A stretch of DNA of 64,000 nucleotides from Eubacterium sp. (GCA_051894075.1 JBJFHZ010000103.1:9549-73548), one strand, 5' to 3'. Shown: positions 1-10,341, counted from the first letter of the stretch. Numbers and translations: made by a program. Notes: generated by a model not told the origin, from the sequence alone.

Positions 1-345
1 GGTTAAAGTAATAGGTCCGAATTTCTGAGGATAATATTCTCTTACATCTAAAAGGATAAATTCGTCCGTGTACATATCAAGCGCTTTCTTAATATCCTTA
101 AGGGCATTTTCAAACAAATCTCCCTTTGTAATTCCATGGGCTAAAACGATATTGCCTTTTCTGTCTGTATTAAGTCGCAGACAAAACTGTCTGATACCGT
201 GTTCAAACTGAACAAAAAGATTATCCTTTTGACATTCCGCCATTTTGCTCATACCGTAGCTTCCGGCATTATGAGCACCCGGAATAACAAGACTTGTAAG
301 CTTAACGTCATCCTTAATATATGACATCCAATTTGTGTAAATCAT
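1..345 (-). CDS. PI-PLC X-box-like phosphodiesterase, 5' part (runs off the window)
   Basis: Not in the ORF track. Manual translation MIYTNWMSYIKDDVKLTSLVIPGAHNAGSY...QFEHGIRQFCLRL matches the WM...L.IPG.H.(S/A) and Q...G.R..D.R PI-PLC motifs. RBS GAGGGG upstream. Confidence 0.75.
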   Translation of the reverse strand, partial: MIYTNWMSYIKDDVKLTSLVIPGAHNAGSYGMSKMAECQKDNLFVQFEHGIRQFCLRLNTDRKGNIVLAHGITKGDLFENALKDIKKALDMYTDEFILLDVREYYPQKFGPITLT

Positions 346-488
346 AATATCCCCTCTCTGTAGTATTTATCAATTAAATTCTATCACAAACAAATTATTA
401 TATCAACAATAAAAAACAAAGTGAACTTTATAAATTAACACAAAAATATTATATACTGCAATAGAAGATGGAGACGTTTATAAAGCTT

Positions 489-740
489 TTATTTCCACCT
501 TTTTAATGTAGGAAACAGCTCGGTGCAATGCTTTCGCATTTCGTCATTAGTCATACCTGCCTGAGCTCCGTATTGTGAGCACATATCAATATATTTCTCC
601 ATTGATACATCATCAATAAATTCACCGTTTACATAGCAGTATTTACAATAATCATTGTTAATGCTGCCGTCTTTATTTGTGCCTAACTGCTCATCAGAGG
701 TTATAGGCATACCACAGCTTTGGCAAATTTTTTCATCCAT
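489..740 (-). CDS. Putative zinc-ribbon domain protein
   Basis: CQSCGMP...YCKYCY..G.F...LKRWK pattern typical of this small zinc-ribbon family. Confidence 0.8.
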   Translation of the reverse strand: MDEKICQSCGMPITSDEQLGTNKDGSINNDYCKYCYVNGEFIDDVSMEKYIDMCSQYGAQAGMTNDEMRKHCTELFPTLKRWK

Positions 741-752
741 AATTATATCTCC

Positions 753-1064
753 TTAAATATATTTTACTGCTGTGCCTGAGGCAACTATTTCCGCTGCTCC
801 CTGCATAATTGCAGAGCTGGAAAACCTGACATTTACTACTGCGTCTGCGCCCATTGCCTCTGCCTGCTCAATCATTCTCTGCATAGCAATTTCACGAGCC
901 TCTGCAAGCATCTTTTGATATGAGCCAAGCTCTCCGCCCACAATTGATTTCATACCTGCTCCGAAATCCTTGACAACATTTTTTGAACGGACAGTGTTGC
1001 CTGCAACGATGCCAAGCATTTCAAAATTTTTTCCTGTGATTGTTTCTGTTGTTACTACTAACAT
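753..1064 (-). CDS. YbjQ/UPF0145 family protein
   Basis: VTTETI.G...GGEL..Y...L..AR..A..RM...A...GADAVV.VR...GTAVK signature. Confidence 0.9.
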   Translation of the reverse strand: MLVVTTETITGKNFEMLGIVAGNTVRSKNVVKDFGAGMKSIVGGELGSYQKMLAEAREIAMQRMIEQAEAMGADAVVNVRFSSSAIMQGAAEIVASGTAVKYI

Positions 1065-1109
1065 AATGTATTCTCCTTTAAATTTATTTTTATATCATTC
1101 TGATATTTT

Positions 1110-2267
1110 TTATTTGTCCTTTTCAAGTGTTAAATTACCGCTGACTGCATCATGCTCAATTCGTGTATAGCCGTCACCATAGTAAAGGGTATTACCGAAA
1201 TCGTTTGTATTAATCGAGCCCGAAACGCTTTCGTCTGATATTGAATATCCGGAAATATCCTCAGGAAGAACAAGCTGAATATCGCCGCTGACAGTATCCG
1301 TTTCAATCTCCTGCGGTTGAGATGCAAAGGATATATGGGAATTGCCGCTGACTGAATTTAATTCAAATCCAAGAGTATCAAGGCTTGAAGCAGTTAACTC
1401 AGCCGATACAATATCGATATTAATGGAATCGGTTTTGAAGCCCTTTGGCAATTGTACAATTAAATCCTTTTTCAGTTTATTTGAAAACATGGTTGATGAA
1501 TTGTTAACAAATTCGTCAATGTAAAGCGTTCTTCCCTCAACCTTATAGGTCATAGGGTGCTTATCGCTTTTTGACGACTCCTCAATATAGATTGTATCAC
1601 CGTCATAATACTGAACATCAACATTACCGCTGACCCATTCAATATCAATGTTTTCAATGCCGTCGGTACTAACATTATACGGTCCCTCAACATAGCTTTC
1701 AGTACTTTGGGCATCGTTGTCAAAAATCCCGTGAACATTGATACTTCCGCCGCTCAGCCAGGCAAATGTGCAAATAATAGCTATTACCGCAACAACAGCA
1801 GCACATATAATAGCTGTTATGATTATTGCTGTCGCATTATTTTTTGGATGCTCCTGAGGTACCTCCACAGGCGGTTGATAATATATGCCCTGCTGATTTG
1901 TCTGATTAGTCTCTGAAGGTGCCTGCTGATATTCAGCCTGCTGCTGAGGCTTTGATTTCTTTACAGCGTCGCAAATTGCATAGTATGCGGGAATGGTAAC
2001 AAACAGCACCCACATAGGATGCCACCAGCCCCACATCATACCCGTAAACAAAAATATTGCAGTTACTAAAACGGGATATGCAAAATGAGACGGATTTTTT
2101 GTGTTTATTGCATTGACTAAGGTTTCAACAATGGGAATTAAAAGGAATAATATCCAGCCGATTGCCCAGCCCGAATCAAATATAAATCCGATTAATATGT
2201 ATGCTATTACAATAATTACAGGCAATAATGCGTGTAATAAGGGATTTACATTATGCTTATTTTTCAT
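1110..2267 (-). CDS. Membrane protein with C-terminal DUF4097 (adhesin-like beta-repeat) domain
   Basis: N-terminal TM helices with W..W..FL.IP repeats, Q-rich linker, TM helix, repeated VSG(N/D)I motifs. Confidence 0.75.
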   Translation of the reverse strand: MKNKHNVNPLLHALLPVIIVIAYILIGFIFDSGWAIGWILFLLIPIVETLVNAINTKNPSHFAYPVLVTAIFLFTGMMWGWWHPMWVLFVTIPAYYAICDAVKKSKPQQQAEYQQAPSETNQTNQQGIYYQPPVEVPQEHPKNNATAIIITAIICAAVVAVIAIICTFAWLSGGSINVHGIFDNDAQSTESYVEGPYNVSTDGIENIDIEWVSGNVDVQYYDGDTIYIEESSKSDKHPMTYKVEGRTLYIDEFVNNSSTMFSNKLKKDLIVQLPKGFKTDSINIDIVSAELTASSLDTLGFELNSVSGNSHISFASQPQEIETDTVSGDIQLVLPEDISGYSISDESVSGSINTNDFGNTLYYGDGYTRIEHDAVSGNLTLEKDK

Positions 2268-2301
2268 TTCAAATTCTCCTAACTTCTATTATGTGATTAA
2301 A

Positions 2302-2862
2302 CTATCTTATCCAGCCGTTTCCGAGACCGTCGGTTAAGCACCAACCGCCTCTTTCGGGGATAAAGACCAAAGAATTACTGTACTCAGGTATACCCACAAC
2401 AATAGGATTATCCACCGAACCGTATTTTGCTGTTTTATCGCAATGATAAACTCCGTCGTGATAATTCCGTTTTATGCCGTCATTTGTTAAAGGCTCTATA
2501 TCCTCTTTTTTTATACCAAATTCAGTTAATATCTGATGAAGTCTTTTTTCTTTTTCAATTTCTTCGTGCCTTTGCTTTTCCTCATGGATTTTATTCCACC
2601 TTTCAATGTCTTCTTTAGAAAGGTCAAGGCTGTATTCTTCAATATCCTCGTGATTACTCCGTGGGGCTCCTTTAGTGGATTTGTCTTTTTTATCAGCATT
2701 AATTAAACGTATTATACCGATAATAAATATCAATACTGCAATTAAAAGCATCAGCAATGCAAAAAGCCCATTATCAGTGCAAAAAAGAAATACCGACAAT
2801 GCAAAAAAGCAAATTGCAGAAAGAAATAATCTTCTTATGATTAATGAATCTTTAATTTTCAT
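2302..2862 (-). CDS. Hypothetical membrane protein
   Basis: 186-aa ORF with two N-terminal hydrophobic helices, RBS AAGGAG, co-oriented in the gene run. Confidence 0.6.
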   Translation of the reverse strand: MKIKDSLIIRRLFLSAICFFALSVFLFCTDNGLFALLMLLIAVLIFIIGIIRLINADKKDKSTKGAPRSNHEDIEEYSLDLSKEDIERWNKIHEEKQRHEEIEKEKRLHQILTEFGIKKEDIEPLTNDGIKRNYHDGVYHCDKTAKYGSVDNPIVVGIPEYSNSLVFIPERGGWCLTDGLGNGWIR

Positions 2863-3032
2863 TTTTTCTCCTTATCAAGAATAATCGTATTTTTAAAATC
2901 TGAAACGGAAATTTTTTCACAGTACACAGATCTTTTCCGCTTGGACAGAGAAAGATGCTATCGTCAGGATTCGCAATCACCGTGGAGTTCGCATTTTTTC
3001 TTTTTACAGTAGCAAAAATCATCTGTTTCCAT
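2859..3032 (-). pseudogene. Small Cys/His-rich protein gene with two in-frame stops
   Basis: 58-codon frame METDDFCYCKKKKCELHGDCES*R*HLSLSKRKRSVYCEK... overlaps its neighbours by TAATG and ATGA. TGA at 2964-2966, TAG at 2958-2960. Confidence 0.65.
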
Positions 3033-3487
3033 TATATCATTTCTCCGTTATATATCATCGGTGTGAAGCGTATGCCGTTTACTGTCTGTTCGGTATCAGT
3101 AGCAACAAAGCCTAAATGCTCATATATCTGCACGGCATAGGGTGAGGAATTAACTGTAAATTCTTGCTTTTCATAATCAGCCTTCATTGATTCAAAAAGC
3201 ATTCTGCCCAAGCCCTTCCCCTGACAATTTGCCTTTACAAAAAATCCGCCGATATGCTGAGGCTCTCTCATTGTGAGCACGCCTACAAGGCTTCCGTTAT
3301 CAAAGGCACCATACCATTTCAAAGCATTTGTTCTTTCCTTGTCATCAAGGCTTGCTCTGAAATTATTAATGCCCTCCTGTGAATATTCAGGCGCTTCAAA
3401 CTGAAGAAAAACCTCCCAAATCAAGTCAATGGCATTTTGTAATTCATCGCTTACAAGAGGTCTTACATACTGATTTTTCAGGCACAT
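3032..3487 (-). CDS. GNAT family N-acetyltransferase
   Basis: FFV....QGKGLGR acetyl-CoA motif A; TVNSSPYAV..YE.LGF. Confidence 0.9.
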   Translation of the reverse strand: MCLKNQYVRPLVSDELQNAIDLIWEVFLQFEAPEYSQEGINNFRASLDDKERTNALKWYGAFDNGSLVGVLTMREPQHIGGFFVKANCQGKGLGRMLFESMKADYEKQEFTVNSSPYAVQIYEHLGFVATDTEQTVNGIRFTPMIYNGEMI

Positions 3488-3488
3488 A

Positions 3489-4232
3489 TTATTCCTCTAT
3501 CATTTTCAAAAATTTCTTTTCCGATAAAATCTCGTTAGATATATAATCTCCGTCCTTGAATAACGCATAGCTGGTAACAGGTGTCGGAGCATTTTGTGCA
3601 GCTTTCTTATCGGTAATATGTATAGCCTTAAAAGGCACATTATGCTCCTTTGCAAGCGTCTCAATTATCGGCACATACTTTGCCGTGAATGGACATTGAT
3701 TAGTATAATAAATTACATAGCCCTGTTCATCAATATGAGGGTGCCTTGCACAATTCTTGAACTCAGGAGCCTTGCCGTTTTCGAAGGGCAAATACCAAAG
3801 CTGAATACCGTTGTCAGCCTCGTCACAGACAGTAAAGCCCTTATATGCTAAATACTTCGGGTCTGCAAGAAAGCCTCTTTTCTTTTTTGACGACAAAATA
3901 CACAAGCCTGATTTTCCCTTTGACCTACTGTCCTCTATACATTTGTTCAGTAAATCTGTAGAATATCCGTTACCCTTTAGCGAGCCTGAAACCCAAAGAC
4001 AATTTATATACATATAATTATCTGCAGCAATAGGCACCCAGGCATTTTCAGCAGGTATGTACTCTATAAAGCATTTACCTCTTTGGACACTTTTGAGGAA
4101 AACCAAGCCGTCATCAAATCTGTCAGACAGCCAACTCTTTTTTGACGAAACCTGAATGTCCTTATTATTTGAAATAGCACAGCAAATGTGCTCTTTTTCA
4201 ATATTATCCTTTGTTACTTGAATATAATCCAT
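3489..4232 (-). CDS. YoaP-domain GNAT-like protein
   Basis: EHICCAI, FIEYIPAE.AW, CLWVSGSLKG.GY, C-terminal QCPF...AQNAP. Confidence 0.85.
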   Translation of the reverse strand: MDYIQVTKDNIEKEHICCAISNNKDIQVSSKKSWLSDRFDDGLVFLKSVQRGKCFIEYIPAENAWVPIAADNYMYINCLWVSGSLKGNGYSTDLLNKCIEDSRSKGKSGLCILSSKKKRGFLADPKYLAYKGFTVCDEADNGIQLWYLPFENGKAPEFKNCARHPHIDEQGYVIYYTNQCPFTAKYVPIIETLAKEHNVPFKAIHITDKKAAQNAPTPVTSYALFKDGDYISNEILSEKKFLKMIEE

Positions 4233-4242
4233 AATTTCTCCG

Positions 4243-4680
4243 TTATTTGTTATTGATATAGGTGATATAAATATGACTGACTCCGAATATAACAGCAGTT
4301 ACAATCAATGCCCAATGCTTAACGGAAGCTGCACTTACAATAAATATCAGTGTGGGTATAATCGCAAGGGCAAGAGCCTTTCCCATCGTTTTATTTTTGA
4401 AATATAACGCCCAAAATATGTAATACATTATCAGTAATAAAGCATTTCCGATAATATAAACAAACATAAATTCAAGGGGAGAAAATCCAAATTCTCCAAC
4501 AAAAAGAGGAATTATCATCAGCACCATACAGCCGTATCTGCCGATTTGTTCAATTATTGTGACTGCTTTTCCTGCTTTATTTGTCTGCTTCTCCTTGCAT
4601 TTTACAGCAAAAATAATGTTAGGTATCAGCATTAACACAATAATAATTCCGCCAAATATATTTATCCAGTTAAATTCCAT
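4243..4680 (-). CDS. Hypothetical integral membrane protein
   Basis: Multiple TM helices; IN.FG...LMLIPNI and IEQIGRYG motifs. Confidence 0.7.
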   Translation of the reverse strand: MEFNWINIFGGIIIVLMLIPNIIFAVKCKEKQTNKAGKAVTIIEQIGRYGCMVLMIIPLFVGEFGFSPLEFMFVYIIGNALLLIMYYIFWALYFKNKTMGKALALAIIPTLIFIVSAASVKHWALIVTAVIFGVSHIYITYINNK

Positions 4681-4684
4681 ATTA

Positions 4685-5041
4685 TCAATCCTTTAGCTGT
4701 CTTTGTTGGCAATTCTCTGCCTCAGAATTATCTTCGTTATATTCAGACTCATTGTAATCATTATGACTGCGTTTTTCAAACAGCCTTTTAATCCCCAAGG
4801 TTATGGCTATGCACAGAGGAAAATACGGTGTAAAGGGACCTGCCCAAAAGGCAAGGTATGTTGTTGCAACAACAGAGCCCCACTTGATTTTAAACAGGAT
4901 ATCGAGCAAATATCCGCCCCAAACAGGAGTGTACATAACAAATACAACTATAAGAAACAGCACCAGCGTATGCCAATCCTTGCACTCGCTCCATACCCAT
5001 TTGCAAAAATTAATAAATTTATCCTTTATTTTCTTCATCAT
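4685..5041 (-). CDS. Hypothetical membrane protein
   Basis: Hydrophobic core with FWAGPFTP motif; overlaps the PspC gene end. Confidence 0.65.
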   Translation of the reverse strand: MMKKIKDKFINFCKWVWSECKDWHTLVLFLIVVFVMYTPVWGGYLLDILFKIKWGSVVATTYLAFWAGPFTPYFPLCIAITLGIKRLFEKRSHNDYNESEYNEDNSEAENCQQRQLKD

Positions 5042-5267
5042 AAAATTGTTCGTTTTGGTTGTAGGCAGTATATTGATTTTCTATCGGCTCATCGGGAATA
5101 ACGATTGCACAAATAATATATGCTAAAATTCCGCATCCACAGCAAAAAACAGCCAACGCCCAAATGAGTCTGACAATAGTTGTGTCAATGCCAAAGTATT
5201 TTGCAATACCGCCGCAAACGCCGCATATTTTTCTGTCTGTTATTGATTTATATAATTTTTTTTCCAT
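5019..5267 (-). CDS. pspC: PspC domain protein
   Basis: [28 protein letters not shown]...YII...VIP; start moved to MEKKLY. Confidence 0.85.
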   Translation of the reverse strand: MEKKLYKSITDRKICGVCGGIAKYFGIDTTIVRLIWALAVFCCGCGILAYIICAIVIPDEPIENQYTAYNQNEQFYDEENKG

Positions 5268-5459
5268 AATAATTCCCATAGCCTTTCCGGCTACAAATAG
5301 TTTATAAAAAATTCCTAACACCTTATTGTAGCCGGATAAGGCGTATAATGGGAATTTAGCCATCTCAAAATTATGCCACAGGCAAATTTTGAGGGCAATA
5401 CAATCGAAATAGTGTGATTTTTCACACTATATTCTCCTTATAAAATCATCGATTTTTGA

Positions 5460-6065
5460 TTAATCCTTTCTTGTCGGGTGGACTGTGTATTTTGACTTAT
5501 CAAGATTTTTTATTGCAGTAAGCGAACCGATATAGGATAAGCCAAGATATTCATTAAGCTGTTCTTCTGTAAACTCACAGGTTTTTGATGACACAAGATA
5601 GCAAATTCCAAGTCCGGTAACAAGCACCTGCTTAAACAACAGCTCCACCTCATTATCATTTAGGCTTGTCTGCTCCTTTATTGCTTTTAAGCATATATCG
5701 GCACTTGGAAAATTCAATATCATATCGTCATAATTCATATTGCTTTCAATTGAATTCATAAACAAGACCTTGAAAAGATTTGGATACTCCTTCGCATATT
5801 CAATCATACGAAGTCCGAAGGCTTTAAACATCGGGGTGTAATTTAAGCCTTCGTTGATAAATGCCGAGTATTGTTTTTCAACCTCATTGAATACCTCATT
5901 TTTCAAATCATCCATATTCTCAAAGGCCACAAATACAGGCGTTGATGACGTACCGAGCTGCCTTCCAACCTCTCGGGCGGTAACGGCGGATATCCCCTGC
6001 TCTCTTGTTACATCAACGGCTGCCTGAATAATCTGCTCTCTTGTAAATTTTGCTTTCGGCGGCAT
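5460..6065 (-). CDS. TetR/AcrR family transcriptional regulator
   Basis: MPPKAKFTREQII.AA...G...VTAREV...LG.S..PVF..F HTH; RBS GAGG before MPPK. Confidence 0.9.
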   Translation of the reverse strand: MPPKAKFTREQIIQAAVDVTREQGISAVTAREVGRQLGTSSTPVFVAFENMDDLKNEVFNEVEKQYSAFINEGLNYTPMFKAFGLRMIEYAKEYPNLFKVLFMNSIESNMNYDDMILNFPSADICLKAIKEQTSLNDNEVELLFKQVLVTGLGICYLVSSKTCEFTEEQLNEYLGLSYIGSLTAIKNLDKSKYTVHPTRKD

Positions 6066-6091
6066 AAAATAACCTCTTTCCGTTTCGTTAT

Positions 6092-6105
6092 ATAACATTT
6101 GTTAT
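6092..6105. promoter_or_regulatory. Palindrome ATAACA-TT-TGTTAT, candidate TetR auto-operator
   Basis: Inverted repeat about 30 bp upstream of the TetR start. Confidence 0.45.
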
Positions 6106-6163
6106 GTATCATCAGTTACACAATATCACATAATAATAAATTTGTCAATAGTTTTCTTGTTCC

Positions 6164-6205
6164 ATTATAAAAGCCTCAACCATAGTTGGTTGAGGCTTTT
6201 ATAAT
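6164..6205. terminator. Intrinsic terminator of the glycosidase operon
   Basis: ATTATAAAAGCCTCAACC/GGTTGAGGCTTTTATAAT perfect stem directly after the GH29 stop. Confidence 0.85.
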
Positions 6206-6206
6206 T

Positions 6207-7241
6207 TTATACTCTTTTTATATTCAATCTATCGGCAATAAGCATCAGATTATCCACATCACCTTTAACTAATTTTCCGTTTTTATCCGGTGGAAGATTG
6301 ATTACCATAACATTATTTGTCTTTTCAAGTATACGGTAATTTTTAATTATTTCCTCCGGATCCATTAAGGGCTTGCCTGCGTATGTATCGGAATAAAACC
6401 AGCTAAATTCCTTACGTGAACAAATGGTCTGCTCAAAGGGTAAATAGTATTCTTTTCCGCCGAAGGTATAAATCTTCGGGTCATCCTCACGGCACATATA
6501 CGGATCCCAAAGTCTAAAATCAGAGGGGAACATCTGCATAGGGTCACGGTCACGGTAATTCTGTGGCTGATAGCGTTTTTTCGGAATACCTTTTCTTTCT
6601 TTGAATTTTCCGATTGTTTGATTAACACCGATTTGGCAGTTTGGTTGAAGGGTTTTAACAAGACTGTATAGCCTGTCTAACTGCCACGCACGGCAAGGCT
6701 TATCCCACTCTCCGTCAAGCCAAAGCTCAACAACCTCGCCGTATCTGCCGTCCATTAGTTCACGCAAGTGCTTTTCCATATACTGAACATAGGCTTCATC
6801 GTCCTTGTAGCATTTTTCGTGTCTGTCCCATAAGGAATAATACATTCCCAGCTTTATTCCGTACCTTTTGCAAGCCTCCGACACTGCCTTAACAACATCT
6901 GTTTTATTCGGCGAATAATTGACGGAATAGGTAGTAGTATTTGTGTTCCACAAGCAAAAGCCGTCGTGGTGTTTTGTTATAATAATAACATAATTCATAC
7001 CTGCCTCATAGGCGGTTTTTACCCAGCTGTCAGCATCTATTGCAGTTGGCTGATAGCTTTCAACAGGCAGAGTTCCGTCAGACCATTCGGTGTTGTTAAA
7101 TGTATTAATTCCGAAATGCAGGAACATACCGAATTTACGGTCAATCTGTGCCTGCTGCTGCGGTTTAGGAGTTAAAGACGGCTGCTGTATAATCGGATAT
7201 TCCTTATAAGGATAAGGCGGCAATTTCTTTTTTAAAAACAT
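6207..7241 (-). CDS. Alpha-L-fucosidase (GH29), catalytic domain only
   Basis: FLHFGINTF, TKHHDGFCLW, YYSLWD, LWLDG nucleophile motif, INLPP. Confidence 0.9.
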   Translation of the reverse strand: MFLKKKLPPYPYKEYPIIQQPSLTPKPQQQAQIDRKFGMFLHFGINTFNNTEWSDGTLPVESYQPTAIDADSWVKTAYEAGMNYVIIITKHHDGFCLWNTNTTTYSVNYSPNKTDVVKAVSEACKRYGIKLGMYYSLWDRHEKCYKDDEAYVQYMEKHLRELMDGRYGEVVELWLDGEWDKPCRAWQLDRLYSLVKTLQPNCQIGVNQTIGKFKERKGIPKKRYQPQNYRDRDPMQMFPSDFRLWDPYMCREDDPKIYTFGGKEYYLPFEQTICSRKEFSWFYSDTYAGKPLMDPEEIIKNYRILEKTNNVMVINLPPDKNGKLVKGDVDNLMLIADRLNIKRV

Positions 7242-7243
7242 AA

Positions 7244-8608
7244 TTATTTCTCCATAACAGGTTTATTTCCAAGCTTGATTTTAATAATTGTGTCGGGTGT
7301 TTTCGGCTTTCTGCCGAGTATAGTAACATAAAGCTTACCGTTTTTTGCTTTTGCCTTTACCCTTTCACCTGTTAAGCAGGTGCAGGATTTAAAGGTGTTA
7401 TTTTCGAGTGGTAAAGAAAAATGATTTATCGGCAGACTGTTTAAGATATGCAGGTAAACATTATTTCCCTTAAAGCAGGAGGCGTATTTTTTAGTGGGCT
7501 TCCATATTCCGCCGTGGGTTTTGTAAACGCTTTCACCGTATTTTTTAAGCCAAGTGCCGACCTCTTTCATACGTTGTGCCTCATTTTCGGCAATACTGCC
7601 GTCAGGCTTACAGCCGATGCTCAAAAGATAATTTCCGTCACCGCCTGTGCAGTTAACAAGCTGGGCAATAATCTGCTTAACGCTTTTTATTTTGCTTTGT
7701 GAATATGCCCATGCATTACCTAAAGGCATACAGGTTTCCCACATTCTTGTGTTTTGGAAAAAGCCTGTGTGTCCCTCGGGAGTGTCATAATCTCCCGGCA
7801 ATCCTGCACGGTTGTTGATAATTATGTGAGGCTGAAGCTCTCTTACCATTTTTTCAAGCTCTTCGGAATTCCACATTTCCTTTGTGAACATTCCGCCGTT
7901 GTATTCAGCGTCCCACCACAGCAAATCAATTCTGCCGTAATTTGTCATCAGCTCACGGACGGTATTGAACATATACTCCTGATAACGCTTATGCTTTTCG
8001 GTCAGATACCACTCCTTGCCGTCCTTCATACGGAAAAACGGTGTCGTTTTTATCGCTACGGAGTCTTCAGCAGGTACAGGCTCGTAATCAGGATGAGTCC
8101 AGTCACGCTTTGAGTAATATACTCCTATTTTCAGCCCTGCAGAGCGGAAAGCGTCAATTAGTTCTTTTAGATAATCTCTGCCAAAGGGTGAATTTGTTAT
8201 TTTATAGTCTGAATATGCCGTGTCCCACATATGAAAGCCGTCGTGATGCTTTGCGATAATTACTACATATTTAAAACCGCTTTGCTTGGCAATACTCGCC
8301 CATTCCTTTGCGTTAAATTTCGGGAAAGCAAGCTCCTTTGCCCAGCTGTCATATTCTTCGTCGGCAAATCCGCCCGCCCAAAATGACGGATCCGGCAGTT
8401 TTTTGGTAGTCCTCGGCCAACTGATATCAACCATACCGACTGCGGAAATACCAACGTGAAGAAACAGACCGTATTTTGCTTCACGAAACCACTTTGTATC
8501 TTCATCACTTGCAAATGGGTAAGCATTCCATTCCTCATCGTTGAAATATGTAAATTCAGCATCCTGCTTTGATTTGTCAAAATCACTTTGTTTTAATGAA
8601 TAACCCAT
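7244..8608 (-). CDS. Alpha-L-fucosidase (GH29)
   Basis: WF.EAKYGLFLH.G, AKHHDGFHMW, LWWD, IINNR, TPE, WETC. Confidence 0.9.
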   Translation of the reverse strand: MGYSLKQSDFDKSKQDAEFTYFNDEEWNAYPFASDEDTKWFREAKYGLFLHVGISAVGMVDISWPRTTKKLPDPSFWAGGFADEEYDSWAKELAFPKFNAKEWASIAKQSGFKYVVIIAKHHDGFHMWDTAYSDYKITNSPFGRDYLKELIDAFRSAGLKIGVYYSKRDWTHPDYEPVPAEDSVAIKTTPFFRMKDGKEWYLTEKHKRYQEYMFNTVRELMTNYGRIDLLWWDAEYNGGMFTKEMWNSEELEKMVRELQPHIIINNRAGLPGDYDTPEGHTGFFQNTRMWETCMPLGNAWAYSQSKIKSVKQIIAQLVNCTGGDGNYLLSIGCKPDGSIAENEAQRMKEVGTWLKKYGESVYKTHGGIWKPTKKYASCFKGNNVYLHILNSLPINHFSLPLENNTFKSCTCLTGERVKAKAKNGKLYVTILGRKPKTPDTIIKIKLGNKPVMEK

Positions 8609-8610
8609 AA

Positions 8611-10341
8611 TTACTCCTTAATTAAAAGCCACGCACAACTGTTTTTAGTTAAGTAAAAGCGGATTTTTCCGCTTTTGATTTTTATTTGTTTGTCGTCAAA
8701 TAAATCAGTCGCACTATATCCATTCGGCACGGGAATTTCATATTTTTTTAAATGATTACTGCGGTTGAAAATAAAATATTCCGTACCGTTTTTTGTTTCC
8801 TTTTTACCTATTTCAAGAGTATCATCAAATTGAGCAGTCTCATAATCCGTATCTAAAATTCTGTGCAATCTGTCAAGCTGGGCTTTTGTGTACTTACTGA
8901 CATAATCTCCTGACAAAACCATACCTCCGCTTGCACGGATATAGGCATTGTTAAGCTTGTAAAATTTCTTCTTTGCAGGACTTTTATTTACAATTCCCGC
9001 AGGGTCCATAACAGAGGAGGATGTATCAGTCATAATCAAGCAGTCAGGATCGTTTATCCATAGCCTTTTGTGCATCCAGTTACGGCTGAAGCATTGCTCG
9101 GACAGATTTGCCATATGCCTTACATTTCTTATAACATCATTTGTTACACGCATTCCCGTAACCAAGCCCAGCGACGGCCACATAGGAGCGTTACAGCCCA
9201 GGATAAAGGCGTTGTTTTCTGTTGCGTCAAAAATTGCTTCCATACCCCTTCGGTATGCCTCAACCGAGGTTGCGTTTTTGTCATAACGCACACCGAAGGG
9301 TAAGGCACCCCACACATTTGCGTCAAGCTTAAAATATTTTACTCCCCAGCTTTGATATATTTCACGAACCGTATCATAAATAAATTTTTGTGTATCGGGA
9401 TTTGTACCGTCAAGCATATACCAAGGAGCGTCACGCCAGCCTCTGAATGTGACACCTTCACAGCAAAGAGGATTACCGTTTTCGTCCTTAACAAAGTAAT
9501 CGGGATGCTCCTTTAAAAGTCTGCTTTTTTGTGACGCTATAAAGGGTGCAAGCCATATTGCAGGCTCAAAGCCTGCTTTTCTTATATCATTGCATATATC
9601 CTTCATAGGACGGTCAAATTTATCACTTGTTTCAAGCCAGTCACCCATATAGGGTTGAAAGCCATCGTCAATCTGTATGTATTTAAGCTCGGGTGTTTTT
9701 TCCTTGATAACCTTTAAATTATCAAAAATATCCTTTTCGGAAATATCGGGGCCGATACAATACCAGGAGCACCAGCCTACAGGCATTTCACAGTATTTTT
9801 TAACAGGATGATTTTTTGCTATTATCTCTGCAAATTTATCAAGAATTTCATTTCTTTCACCCGTAAGAATAACCATATCCTCAAGGGCGATTTCTTCGCC
9901 TGCATTAAACTGTAAATTTTCAAAGCATTGTACAATCTGCATTTCCTTGCCGTTTACACGGATTTCGGTACGAAAACGGTTACAGCTTGACGCACCGATT
10001 AAAACGGTATTTTTACCCGAGCCGATTAGGGCATAATTATAGACTGTTTTATATCCGTCGGTTTGGGGCATCTTATAATGGTCCTTATCGGTAAAGCCTG
10101 CAAAGGTATCAAAGCTTTCAACCGTACCCCTGTACTGTGTAAGCTTTTGATAGCCGTCGCCGTAGAACGGTAGGTTAAGCCCAAAGCCGTGCTCACCGCT
10201 GAACAACACAGCCTCTTTTAATTTTGCACTATTATTTACTGAGAAAGAAAATTTATATACGCCATTATTATCACTGATTTTAAAATCAGCAGGCACCTTT
10301 ATGCCATTGCTATCCAAGATATACGGTGATTTAAAATTCAT
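8611..10341 (-). CDS. Alpha-galactosidase-like glycoside hydrolase (GH36)
   Basis: GWCSWY, IQIDDG(F)Q, IWLAPF, YFKLD, ILGCNAP, W.NDPD. Confidence 0.85.
   Translation of the reverse strand: MNFKSPYILDSNGIKVPADFKISDNNGVYKFSFSVNNSAKLKEAVLFSGEHGFGLNLPFYGDGYQKLTQYRGTVESFDTFAGFTDKDHYKMPQTDGYKTVYNYALIGSGKNTVLIGASSCNRFRTEIRVNGKEMQIVQCFENLQFNAGEEIALEDMVILTGERNEILDKFAEIIAKNHPVKKYCEMPVGWCSWYCIGPDISEKDIFDNLKVIKEKTPELKYIQIDDGFQPYMGDWLETSDKFDRPMKDICNDIRKAGFEPAIWLAPFIASQKSRLLKEHPDYFVKDENGNPLCCEGVTFRGWRDAPWYMLDGTNPDTQKFIYDTVREIYQSWGVKYFKLDANVWGALPFGVRYDKNATSVEAYRRGMEAIFDATENNAFILGCNAPMWPSLGLVTGMRVTNDVIRNVRHMANLSEQCFSRNWMHKRLWINDPDCLIMTDTSSSVMDPAGIVNKSPAKKKFYKLNNAYIRASGGMVLSGDYVSKYTKAQLDRLHRILDTDYETAQFDDTLEIGKKETKNGTEYFIFNRSNHLKKYEIPVPNGYSATDLFDDKQIKIKSGKIRFYLTKNSCAWLLIKE

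Noticed and set aside
2964-2966. TGA at an expected Cys position as selenocysteine
   Set aside because: An in-frame TAG follows two codons later and no convincing SECIS hairpin was seen; pseudogene is simpler
5364-5430. Two small inverted repeats upstream of pspC
   Set aside because: Explained as the TetR terminator and/or an operator; not distinctive enough to call
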